Source: Phoronis australis
Lineage: Eukaryota > Animalia > Phoronida
Assembly: GCA_002633005.1 (NCBI GenBank)
Contig: NMRA01000599.1
Span: 124,001 to 188,000 of the forward strand
Direction of reading: 5' to 3'
DNA length: 64,000 nucleotides
The translations under genes and the position numbers were made by a program. Below the pieces are notes generated by a model. That model ran no database searches. It was not told the DNA's origin and saw only the letters and a list, made by a program, of their open reading frames with translations. Of this stretch, positions 1 through 12,141 are shown piece after piece (the first letter of the stretch is position 1; the number at the start of each line of letters is the position of its first letter).

Positions 1-569
1 ATACAGTCAAGAACGTATTGTATTTTTAATTTACTCGATATCGACTGCGTAATCGCGGCAGGGACGAGGCTCGATAAGAATGCGATGACGATGCTTCGGC
101 AGATCAAATACGCTTGTTTTACACCACGGTACGTGTTCCCCAAAATTTATCCTGACCCTTAAATTACTCAGAGACATTCTCTCCAAACTGTCATTACTCG
201 ACTAATATTCGACAAATGGCGATCACTCAGTTCTCTTCAAGAAGGACACAGAACTACTATTCTCGACTTGTAATGTTAGCCATTGGTGCACAAAAACAAG
301 AAACATCAAACTTGAGTGCATTTTGTTACCTAGCGTCCTTTACAGTTAAGATAATGGGTTTCCAGTAAGGGAGGTAGGAAAAAGGGCATTCGAGACGAAT
401 TCACGGTTTTGAGTTGGTCATGCGTAGCGGGTGCACCATACAAGTAGCGTGGAAGAGAACAAGGGCAGAGTAGGCTAAATAAGCAGAATTTACATAGGCA
501 TCTAAAGAAACCTGACAATGAAATTCATATTTAGCCAGTATCTCTTGTCCCTTGGTTCTCGTCTTCGCT

Positions 570-1185
570 AGCCAACCCTTACTGGGGTTATTGGTGAGAG
601 TAAAAACGTAAGATTTTCTACTTATCATATACAAATTTTCAAGTAATCCAATTCTTCCGAGTTTTAATTAGTTATGCATAAGTCACTCCAGAGATGACGT
701 TCGTGGCCCGAATCTTTTCGCTCCAGTTTGACTTCTTTACATGCACCTCGGACTGTATTTGATATCGGATGCGTGTACCTCAGCATGCCTGTTAGACAGT
801 GCCGGATTTACCTTTCTCCGAGTCTTATTCAGTATGTCAGGAAGTTGTTGCCTATCGGGATGCAACCATAATAAGCTTCCGAAGAGCACAAAAGTTCTCT
901 TTCACGAGTTTCCTGTAGATGACAAGATCCGTCGCAGTTGTCTCTAAGAGAGTAGCGTTTTCCGTTCACGCTAGGGCTAAAGCTGTGCATAATTATGGCG
1001 CGTTCGGAAACATTTCTTGCAGTTGGAATACGAAGGTAATGATTCGCGCCTCGAACGTCACTTCCGGAGTGACGCGAGCATAGTTAATTAGAATTTGGAA
1101 TAATTTGATTGATTTGAAAATCTATCTAGCATAGTCAGAAAATTTCACCAACAACCACACCAAGAACGGTGGCGGTCCCCTTCAA
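570..1185 (+). mobile_element. Degraded non-autonomous DNA transposon (probably Kolobok-type) carrying a THAP-domain remnant at 834-947
   Basis: Imperfect inverted arms at about 570-714 and 1041-1185 (gtcactccagagatgacgttcgtggcccgaatc vs gattcgcgcctcgaacgtcacttccggagtgac). Internal MSGSCCLSGCNHNK...FHEFPVDDKIRR matches the THAP C-x4-C...FH-FP-D start. Confidence 0.65.
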
Positions 1186-1822
1186 GGCTTCAAATGAAAC
1201 AATTTTAACTTAAAACTAGCGGTATAAATACTGATTTTGACATGGCCGACCTTGCAATGTACCGGATTTTTACCCACAGCTTCGACATCTTACAATGAGT
1301 CCCAAAATTTAGCATCGGCGTTTCTAAGGAAGAAAAAAGAGTTTATTACAATTACAATAACAGAATTGAAACCTTTTGATAATTGATAGTCGACATCTTT
1401 CGAAAAACGTTGATTTTAACAGGCCTTACTATCCCGTCCACTTACACTGGAAAATCAAGTGAATAGAACCATCACACTTTGTCGACAGGCGTCAAGTGCA
1501 TCCATTGTAGTATTATTATTTTCTCAGAAACTGTGTTTTGGGCGTATGGCCTTATAGTCTTGAAATAAATAAAGATAAGTCTGGTGGGCCAATTTATTGG
1601 TCTACTAAAAATCTCAAATTTTGAGTAATTTGTGAAGCTTTTCACTGAATAAAACCTGCAGCTATCAGATATAAATAATTTTGAAGACCCGGTGGCTGCA
1701 GGAAATGGCGATGGAGAAGCTGCTTCGCCAACGACTAAACTTCCATCCTCTCATATGCGACTTGGAAAAACTGTCACCGTAGATTGACTGAGGTAAAAGT
1801 TTAACATAGACATACGCATTAA

Positions 1823-2680
1823 AAGGGAACTGTGTTTTATTCTGAATAAAATTTGGATAGTTTTCCATGAGTTGTTGATTAATTTCACAAATAATTCAAC
1901 ATCAAAAAGTTAACTTATATTCTCTAACAAAGCTAAAAAAATACCCTCTTGGAGCGCTGCTTCTCGTGACAAATTTGGCCGGGGCAAAGTCACTGTCCTG
2001 TGTTAGCGTGCAGTCAAGTGTTGTTCTTCATATTGTCGGGTCACCAGGGATACCTGTTTGAGCCGAGACAACACAAAGTGATACCAAGTCGTCGTCATTG
2101 TCAGACGAAAATTTGCCGGTGCAACCAGTCCGTATGAACAATTTATACTGGTGTGACTGTGCCGTGGAGAATGTGAACTCTAGCCAGCCAGTGAGCCAGC
2201 CGATACTCAGCTCTGTAAACTTGGGTTGGTTAGTTACCGACTATGTATGAGTTCCGTTAGACCCCAAAAATTCACACAGTCCGTTGACTAGACCTACCCG
2301 GGTATAGTTGACATGCTCGTCATCTCTTCGTAAAACTTAGGCTACATCAACATGTAAAGCTAACGGACCGGCGGGGGTGCATGCACAATCTGGAAGTCAA
2401 CCAACACTCAACTTGTTCGTTGCAGCCGTTTAAGTGGAAAACAATCAAATAAACGTCTTTTTCTAGCATAAATCGCCAACTTTTGGAACAAAGAAGTGTG
2501 TCGTCCGTTTTAAAAATAGCTCGCTCGTGACACGGCGTACGCGCCATTTCCTAAAATTTTGAGACGTCTGTCGGGAGATGATAACGGCTTCGCAGCACCA
2601 AGGTTTGTTTTAAAATTCGGTTTGCCGGATTGAAAATACTAAAAACAAGTTCTGATAATTTGTTTTGACATGTACGCAAC
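1823..2680 (+). mobile_element. Kolobok-derived remnant with a KolX (P2X7 C-terminus-like) N-terminal fragment at 2048-2160; ends approximate
   Basis: Frameshifted GYLFEP...SSSLSDE...RMNNLYWCDC resembles the KolX PYxFEP...WCxC motif. TTAA-AAGGG left end at 1819. Confidence 0.5.
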
Positions 2681-3068
2681 CTAGGTGCCGGCAGCGAAGA
2701 ACCCTTGATAAAAACTCGGGGGAAAGAAACTGGTAAAGTTCAGGTGACGTAATCGCAAAAAGCCGACTCAAGAGAACGCATCACAATTTTTGCAGCAGCC
2801 GATTAACGATCGCTAACTTTTCCAACACCGGTAAATAAGTTAGTTTACACTAGGAATCTGGTTCCTAGGTTTACTCAAGAATGAGAGGTAGTTTTAATGA
2901 CACTAATTTTGAGTCAGATTTTATTTGTCTATTTTTTTACCCACATCGGCGCAAACCTGTAATTCTATATTTAGTATACAGCTTTGGGCCAAGGCTTGGG
3001 TAACCCGGCGATGGTTTGCGATGACCATCCCTTTAGAAGACACCTTTTTCGAAGAGTTCGAATAACCT

Positions 3069-3327
3069 CATGCGCGCACTCAGCCTTTAATATGGGGGCC
3101 TCGAATTATCTCTGACAAAGTGGACCTTTTGTTAACAAAAACGTGGGAGGACTAAAAAACGGGGTACCACCTTCAGGTCTGTGAACTGTGCGTCTGCGCC
3201 TCCTTTTTAGTGGACTTTTGTCTCGTTTTCTCTCACTTTTTGTTTCTCTGAGGCGGACCCTTTTACCCACTTCGCCAAATGGGGGGAGGCTCGTTCGAGC
3301 CCCCCGAGCCCCCCGGGTGCGCGCATG
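3069..3327. mobile_element. MITE with 11-bp TIR CATGCGCGCAC (hAT-like, GC-rich subterminus)
   Basis: CATGCGCGCAC at 3069 and GTGCGCGCATG ending at 3327; no clean TSD. Confidence 0.5.
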
Positions 3328-4778
3328 AACCAGAAGCCATACAAAAGGCATATATAACCTTTTACAGCACTGTAGCAAACAGTAAAAAATAAGAACGACT
3401 ATGATGTAAAGTCTTCACAATATGGCACAGCAATATAAGTGACACGTCACTCACATATCAGCCAATCAGCGATCGCTGTCAGGATCTTAGTCTTTTGACA
3501 ATAACTATAAATGAGCTTTTGTTTAGCGCGCATCTCGGGCAATTGTGAGATTTATTTGTATGATAGAACCATTTAACTGCTGCATTATTTTTACTACAGT
3601 GCCCTTTTAATGTTAAAGGAGTTTCCGATAATTTGAACCGACTTACTTTTTAAAAGTCGTCAAAATTGTGGGTCATATTATACCTTATCTTTTGGAACCT
3701 GAGGTAAATGTCAAGCTTCAATTAGCTTTCGGAATTTTGTAAACTTTTAAACGCCTTAAACGCGAAAAATGTTATTTGAGACCGCTTCTACTACGTGGCA
3801 AATCTTGGCCAGCCATGTTCAAGCATTTCAGTTTTCAATGTCTTTTGCAGTTCAAAGTAAGTCCATTTCGTTAGCGTCTGGGTAAATTTACAAAAATGAG
3901 CAGTTATTTAATAGGCTATGATGGTGTCTCGACTTTTCATTAACAATACTGAAACAGCTATCTGTAAATTCCCGAAATTGTTTTAAAAAGAGATTTTGGT
4001 TACAGGTACTTCGGTTGTTTGAAGGTAAGTGGAACAGTTCTGTAAAAATCATTGATGTAACCTTAACCAAAAACATTCTCATTAATTTTGTCTGGCGCAC
4101 GCACATGCAAAGTTTCAATTCACTTGCGAGGTAATGATCAATAACGTCGACACTACTTTTTGAATACATCAAAAAACAATTAGACTGTCGTAGAAACTAA
4201 GTATTCACATTGTGAATACTAAGTAGTCACGACAGTGTAATGGTTCTTTTGATGCATTCAACGAAATCAATCAAAAACGTCATTATCAACTGCTGCTCGC
4301 CAACTCAAATTTACACCAAGAGCGTCTATTGTAGACACAAAACAGTTCATCAGCAACATGGTTCCCAGAGAAATAACTTCTTGGACAACTTCCACTGCAT
4401 TTATAACGCACACATCTTTTGTTTCCTATGCGTAGAATGTTGCTGTCGATTATACCATCTTGAATATTCAATTAGGTAAAGTAAACAAACCAATGCACGT
4501 GCGTTCCCCAAGTAAGTGGACAGGTGAGTGACTGTTATACTAATATTTTCGAAAGACATTATCCAAAGTTTGCAATTACGACACTCCCAAAACATTCAGG
4601 ATTTTCACAAACTCGTTTTTCTTTCTGACATCTACGTACGCTCAATTTTGCATTGAGAAAAATCCTGTAAGGTCAGCTACGTTTTTTCAGAATTCCTCCC
4701 CAGGGTAAATTTGTACACTGTTAGGTAGACCTCGAGACAAAGAAAAAACAAGTATTGATGAGTAATACCGCAAATTAT

Positions 4779-5601
4779 ATTTATGTTAACCTACACGTGT
4801 TTTTATATGGGTGGGTTATTAGCCGAGGTAGTTGATGCGCTGTGCGAGGCCGAAATACCACATGGCTGCTTAAGATCTAACCATTTCTTTGGTGTTTTAT
4901 TATTTTGTGGCGTAAAAATAACAGTAGTGATTTCCAATTAAACTCAATCAAAAATTTTTATTGACATGACACATTATCTACAAAGCAACAGGATTTGTGT
5001 GCCTCTAATCCTGGACCGAACCCAAAACCAAGAACTCATGGTAGTAGGTCAAATTACATGTAGCCATAGCGATATTATGAATGACAGTTGCAACTTAATG
5101 AAAAGGGGATAAAATGAAAATTGCTGACAATAAATAAAAATCCATAAATTACAAAAAACAGGAAAATTTGTGTTTAGAATACTATCTCAAATATCGTCTG
5201 TTCACCTACCACTCCACGAAAATGGAAGCTAACTTGGATTTGGGGTTCAGCTTTGAACAATGTGAATTCGAATGAGGAGAGATGGATTTGGTCTCACAGT
5301 CTGAGGTAGCTAGTGAGAGATATGGGGACAAAGTTGACGAAGTGGAAGTGCAATAATTCATAGAATCGATAAAAATGAAGACACCAAGAAAAAAGAAACG
5401 CCATTGATATCAGAGCTTTTGTAACCTGGCTTTTCAGTGTCGTTGTATTCCTAAGCGTTTTGACCAAAGAAGAAGAAATTAAGGCTCAGCGAAGAAATGG
5501 GGTTAGAGTTTAAGTATGTGGTCTCGTGAAAATACTCACGCGACACATCAACCTCGGCTTATAGCACACATCTTTAAAAAACCCATGTAGTTTAACATAT
5601 A
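4779..5601 (+). mobile_element. Internally deleted Crypton (tyrosine-recombinase) element; coding remnant 5222-5510
   Basis: Subterminal inverted repeats (tatgttaacctacac...ttagccgagg vs cctcggcttatag...catgtagtttaacata). The decayed frame ERYGDKVDEVEV*FIES..NEDTKKK..DIRAFVTWL is fused to LTKEEE..G, matching Crypton/DUF3504 N-terminal and central motifs. Confidence 0.6.
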
Positions 5602-8600
5602 TTTCAAAGTAAAGTTTAGTGACCGCGCATGCCCAGACCATGGTTTATAGCGACTAAAAGACAGAATTTACTGATACCTGTTAACACTTACTTTTAACAG
5701 AAATGGCCCTGGACGTCCAAAATCGACTGACGCTCGTACTGAACTGGTTATTTCTCTCTTTCCCAGGATTGGTTACAGGTTGCCTAATAACATGAAATAA
5801 TTACTTTTGAGTGAACGCGCCAATTCCCGGGGTAATACAGATTAACTTCAGTAATAATGTCGATAACGACGTTGCAATTTCTTAATCACTTCTGACATAT
5901 GTGCTATTTACATGAACCGCCAGGTTTGACAGAAATAGAAGTGCCGTCAATAGAAAGTGGAAAAGTTACTATTTTACCGATTTACAATCGTCACACAGAG
6001 GAAATGAAGGAAATTATTGTAAAGCCCGGAAATAGAATGTCTAATCAAAAAGCACTCACAACGATTTGATAAATATCACCCAAAATAGAAATTGGAATTT
6101 AATGGATTTGAAAAGCTGAGTATTACAATGGACACTTCCCTGCTCAAACTGAAGAAGGGGCACATATATTGGCGACAGGCATTGCAGGGCGACGTGCCGT
6201 CGGCGGCTTGAGCAGCGTGATTTCCATGAGCTCGGACGGCGACAGTTCAAGCTACGCCATTGGTTCTCCTTATGTGGAAAGTGGGAAATAAAATATTCCA
6301 GCAACCGACGTACGCACCTCAGAGCAAATGAGGGCCGCTTGAGGGGGAAACGGACTATGTCTTATCAGTGAGCTACGGTTGCCATCGGAAAGAAGTAACA
6401 GTTTGATTTCCACGCACATGAATACACACTAACCTTATTAATGAATCAGAAATTGAATGGGATATGTATGAAATTACCAAGATGACCAATAAAATGCATA
6501 ACGAGACGAGTTCATATTTGCCGCTCAATGCTTGTTTCAGTGATTCCAATATATTGTCAAGTCTACTACTGAGAAAAAATGATACATGCACTTGTATTCA
6601 CGTTTTCTTAAATAAAAATAACAAAATGCGTCTTTTGTGTTCTCCACAAAAGAAATTGAGAAAATTGATTTTTTTACTTTCCTTGCAAAACACAGAAAGT
6701 TTGCGTTAGAGCTTAGAAACTTATCGTATAGGTAGATCCAACAACCGTCACCTAACCACGCACGCCACAGTTTCTGTTGCGACGGCTCCACAAGCGCAAA
6801 GATAATAAGTCCCGTTTTGCAATCGTACTGGTACACCGACTTCTTTACGTTGTGTTTTTGGTCATATTTTCACTGAAACCATACAGATCCACAATGCCTA
6901 AATGGGTACTGGGGAAGTAAACAGACTATTCCTGGCGGTATATCGCACGAGACTCATTCACAAATTTCGCCAACCCATTCCCACGTCGAATTTCAGCCGC
7001 AGATTAAGATCGATTCAAACAGGTCCAGTTGGGATTAGTATAATTGTTTCGTGTAATAGTATGACTTTTAAGTGAGGTGATCCGGCATTTTTTTCCAAAA
7101 ATGATGGTGAAAAACTACCTCAAGCAATTTTATTGCTTTATTTTTTAGTGTCCAGTAGAGGTCTAGGGCTAAGAGTGGATTGTCGACGAGATCACGTTTC
7201 CCTATGGTTGATAAGTCTGCTTATTTTGCCAAAAATCTACAAAACTAACGCATTTTCTGAAAATAGAAATCCTGTAAAATTTGATTATTGAATTTTTACC
7301 AATGTGCCATTAATTATTACTCTATGTTTTTTGTAAAATTTAGCACACAAAGCAACGGTATCAACAACGTGACTGAATTTCATATCACATAAATGTTCGA
7401 GATGAGATCACAACGTTGCTACAGTTTTCTAAAATGTCGTGTCGTTAATGCATCTTCAGATTTTTATGAAAATCATGGAAGTCCTATTTTTAAAAGTCCT
7501 TCATGCATAAGTGAAACATTGTTAAAACAATCCCCGAGAGTGTTTTAGAGATCACGGTATAGGGCACAGTATCGTCAACTTTCATATGAATTCGATTAAG
7601 CTTATTTTAACACCTTAAAAGTTGTTCTAAGTACGATGGACGGCACCTATGTGTCAATGTTAAAAATAATAAGACTATTTTTAATTGAATTTTCAAATCA
7701 AACCTATATTAGATTGCATTTCTCCAAAAACGGACAATTTATGAACTCGGTGACGTCAATCATACATCAAATATACAAATTACACATGGGGCTAGGTTGC
7801 GTAAAACTTCACATTTCATCCCCTTGGTAGCTATTATTTTTGTTAGAGCAAAAACAGTGGATTACGGAATCATTTGCTGCTGCCGCATTTAGCATCCATT
7901 TCCCAAAACACCGAACAGGAGTGGTTTCAAAGTACTGACTAACGTTTGACTAATTTGAACCATTTAAAGATACTTTTCCACTTCACTTTAAGTGTCATAG
8001 AACGCGAAAAGCAAGAAATTGCATCGTTCAAAGTATTCCTCAACCACAGAAACTACTCACCAGGCATTTTTACTGTTTGTTCGTAAAAAAATGAAATTCT
8101 GTCAATGTCAAAGAATCTTCCCTTTAGTTTCAAATAAAACAAAAAAAATGATCTGTAAACTGCTCCTCACTTCGTCGATTTTTCTACCACAAGGCATAGC
8201 ACGTCTCCTATTTAGTATTAAAGGCAAAACATAGACGTAGCACATTTCCGTTATGAGGAAAATGTGACCTTTGACCTTTGATATAAACGAACAATGACGA
8301 CTATGCGTTTGGAAAACGTTTACTGGATAATTCTTTGAGCGCATGTGCGCACGTGTATTATTAGGGATGGGGAATTTGAAAACTGTGTTGGGATGAATGA
8401 GTGTATATTCCGTCTGTGTTTCAAAAACAAGTGAATCTAACGATGTTTCCTAGAAATTCTTGCATTATTCAAAGTGAATAACTCTCAAGAAGTAGAGCGT
8501 TCCATGCCTCTTTAAGTGAAAAAACACAAAACGAATTTTAACGCAAACCAAAAGATTATGCCCACTTTTTTCAAAATGAAAACACGAAATGAAATTTAAT

Positions 8601-9932
8601 TTATAATGCCCATCTTATTGATGCCATTTCGTTCAGTAAGCTGCCTTAGTTGGTGGCAACAAAGGAACAGTATCTTTAAGGGTAACCGTGTGGTAACGTT
8701 AAAATTTGGCCTCGGTATTTATCTTAAAAATGCCTGGTGCAATTCAAAGAAAATTTTCCATTATTTCATTCTTTTACTTTGCTCAAAACACTTTTAGGGA
8801 CGTTTTAAAATATTTTAATTTGAACTATTGAAACTGGAACTCATCTCTAATTCATTAACTTCAAATTTAACAGGCTTTCCGATTTCAGAAAATGCATGTT
8901 GTCTCAAACACATCGAATTACAGCAATTGTATTGTTTATCGACTAGACCCAAAATCACGGGTTTAACTCATGCATTTGACGAAACGAACGGCAGTGTACG
9001 TTTCTGGTGAATTGGCAGATTTTATTTAAAAAGAGTAACTGTCATTTTCAAAGATTTTGTTCAACACATATTGAAATGATTTGCTTGCTCTTGTTTCCAC
9101 TTAAACTTAAGATGCAGTAGAACGTCTATGACAAACGGAACTGTAGAAATGCGCTCACGGCATTGTTAATTGAACTTGGCTTCTTGAAACTGAACTTATG
9201 CAATACATTGCCAGTCACCCTCCATATTACAAAAAAGAATAAAGTTGCTATAAACCCACGTTCTGTAGAGAATTAAAAGTCTAGAAACTGGTCTTATTTC
9301 GTTTCTTTCCTAGATGGACCATTCTTAACGTATCACTAGCTAGAACCCGTGCTAGTGTACGGGAATCAACTTTCGTTGTGTTTACGCTAGACGTGGGAAG
9401 TTGCCCTGGCGATACATGTCTAAGTTAGAGAACAAAAATATTAAGAAAAAGCTTTGCTGTTATCAATGATTTTTAAGTACCAGTTATTATTGTCATCAAT
9501 TTTTGTTCTTAAATATCACATTTAATTTTTTTGGTGGAATATCCATTTTTACAGTTATTTCGCCGTATACGATGTGATGTTGGTAACATCACGAAGTACA
9601 TACACGCAATGTGTCTTTATTACCAAATCTCAAATGCACAGATGAATGAAGAATGTACGTTTTACATGTGCAGCAGTTGTGAGCAAAGTATTCAATCAAA
9701 TTATCTTGGTATTATTCCCATCATAGGAGAGCCTGAAGTCGATTGCTGTGCGAACAGATAGTGGCAAAGAGAGCGCAGTGGCCTTGGCATCTGTAATACA
9801 GCAGCTTTTGTGAGAAACATTTGCTGCCAATAAATGCACGTTTTTTTCAAAGTATCCTTTAAATGTTTTCTTAGCGTAAAGTTCCGGCTTTTGAGGCTTT
9901 TTCAAAATTTTCTGTGTGGGTATATACAGTTC

Positions 9933-10095
9933 TGGCGTGGGTTCAGTAACGCTAGGGCCGACGCTAGGATCTACGCTAGGACCTATCTAAAATCTAGCCA
10001 AAGTCAAGTTCTCATTTAAGATACACGGCAACATCTCTCGTAATCTCGCGAAGTCTTGCTTTTTAGCTATGTCCTAGAGTTACTGAACAGGAGGC
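9933..10095. mobile_element. Small MITE with 16-bp TIR and internal 12-bp tandem ACGCTAGG units
   Basis: gttcagtaacgctagg (9941-9956) is inverted as cctagagttactgaac (10073-10088); acgctagg repeats every 12 bp. Confidence 0.5.
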
Positions 10096-11656
10096 TGTAC
10101 CGGACATCACACTGGCCCTGAACGAAAGACAACACGAAACCGTTACTCAATGTTAGCGGGACATGAGCCTTTGTCTGCATGGTACAAACAAGTTAAAATT
10201 AGGTACAATTGAAACGTTTAAACAAAATACATTTGCCTCACAATTTTGATATCCTTTTTGCAATAACCACTAAATCCAGGTACTTGAATTGTGACATTAC
10301 TAGTTTTTAAATTCATAATTTTTATTGCTGTAAGTGATAGACCTATGACCAATAAGAGCGGTTTATTTAGACGTATGTGTTACAGCCACGCCCGCAGTTT
10401 AGACTTATTACGACAGTTTTCCCGGGATAGCACTAGAATTTATTTCTTTGGGTAGTTACAAGAAATTTCCGTAAACAGCTCCTCAAATATAGCACGTGGG
10501 TCTATATTCTTAATATTTTCCGAATATAAGCCCATCGAGCTGACATTTTGTGGGAAAACCCTACAAATCGCGGACAGTTTAAACTATCTCTCCGAAAGTA
10601 TTCTCATGATATATTCCGTAAAAGGATACAAAACCCAGGGATTTCAAACAATCCTCGTTGTCTTCTGCTTCCCAAATAAAAACTCATACTTTCTTTGACA
10701 CAGATAGGACATTATGGTTCTCGGTGGGTAGTCTTTCCCTACAGCTGTTGCGTAATTCGCCTAAAGCGTCGGTCACGCTTGACCGTTTAACAGACTTTGG
10801 CAAGGAATTTTCAAATTTTGCTCGAAACATATGAGGGTTATCGCGGGTTACAGAGCATTACTTTGTTTCAGAGAACCAGATGAGAACGTCCTTTTGATAT
10901 CAGGTAATAGGTCAAAATCGGGTTTGGTGTCTTTTTAGATGTTCCGAAAATAGGGCGGTGGGCTTACTTTCGGAGCCAAGGTTAAAATTTTCTACCGTTT
11001 GTCGAGTTCCCCAAAATGAAATGTGTCAGCGAATGGCAAACATAAAGAACGGTGTGAGAAACAGGACACAAATTATTTCAAACGTTTTGGTTTATCTACA
11101 AAATCAACTTAACAAACAGTAGCGTTGGTACCGTGAACTATCTTAATTAGACATATTAGTCTGCATTCCAAGTGAAAACCGCGGGCGCATATTTAATCCA
11201 GACGCCTGGGCTGATATTCAGGGTACTAAAGAGGAAGGAAATAAGTGTCATTTCTGAATATAGTCAGTGGGGTTCTGTATCATAAATTCCGCGTAAAACT
11301 CCAAGGTGAAGGATTTTTAGCCGTGGAAACACACACTAGTCATTTTTAGCTAGTGATTTTATCATAATCACAAAACGTCACTGATGGGTTTTTGGGTTTT
11401 CATAAACTATCCATTTGGGTCAAGGGCAAGACAATAAATTGCAGACAAAAGCCATTTCAAGTAAGGTTTTAAAAAGAAGATTCAACTTTTCAGAGTGCCA
11501 ACGGGGATAATTGAAAGCGGGGTTTAATGCACAGCTAAATGACATCAAGAACAACGCTGTAGAGAGTTGTTGCCGCGGTATTCTTAACCAGAAATTACTA
11601 GCACACGCTTTCTACTAATCTCACCGAGTTTCAGAAATGAAAGTGGTTGAATAAAA

Positions 11657-12141
11657 ATGAGCCAGCATTTGCCGAGCGAAGCACACGACGAGGCGATAGA
11701 TTTAGCAGAGACAGAACGAACTACAACGGATTTCGACAAACCAAAACAAGAACTTGAAACTAGTGAAGATGCCTTTTTGTCTGAGTCTGTGGGAAATATT
11801 GAACGTGACGTGAGGACCCAAAGGAGTAACGTCGAGAGTCTAAGCCCAGACCAGAACACCAAAACCGATGTACCTACTTTTAGCATTGACCTTGCAAAGT
11901 CAGAACCACCAAGCACTATCCATGTTAAGCAAAATCATTCTCTTCTGGGACCTTGGACCTTGACAAACACAAAAGATGGCGCTGCAATCACGGACGGGTT
12001 GGACGTCTACACGCAAGATTTTTCCAGAGATGAGAATCCTATGCGAGGAAATTGGGGTGGTCGAATGGATTTTATTGTGTCTTGTCTAGGTTACGCAGTG
12101 GGACTTGGAAATGTATGGAGATTTCCTTATCTGTGTTATAA
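11657..12141 (+). CDS. SLC6: SLC6 transporter coding exon 1 (long acidic N-terminus plus TM1)
   Basis: ATG at 11657 in aaaaATG context; ends ...YLCY-AA|GTAAGT donor at 12142. Confidence 0.92.

Noticed and set aside
9332-9470. Helitron/Helentron-like start ACTAG...CCCGTGC...TACGGG
   Set aside because: Only a short degenerate hairpin; the other end is not convincingly identifiable.
11584-11916. 110-aa minus-strand ORF (and other antisense ORFs over the SLC6 exons)
   Set aside because: Shadow frames of the real coding exons with no recognisable motifs.
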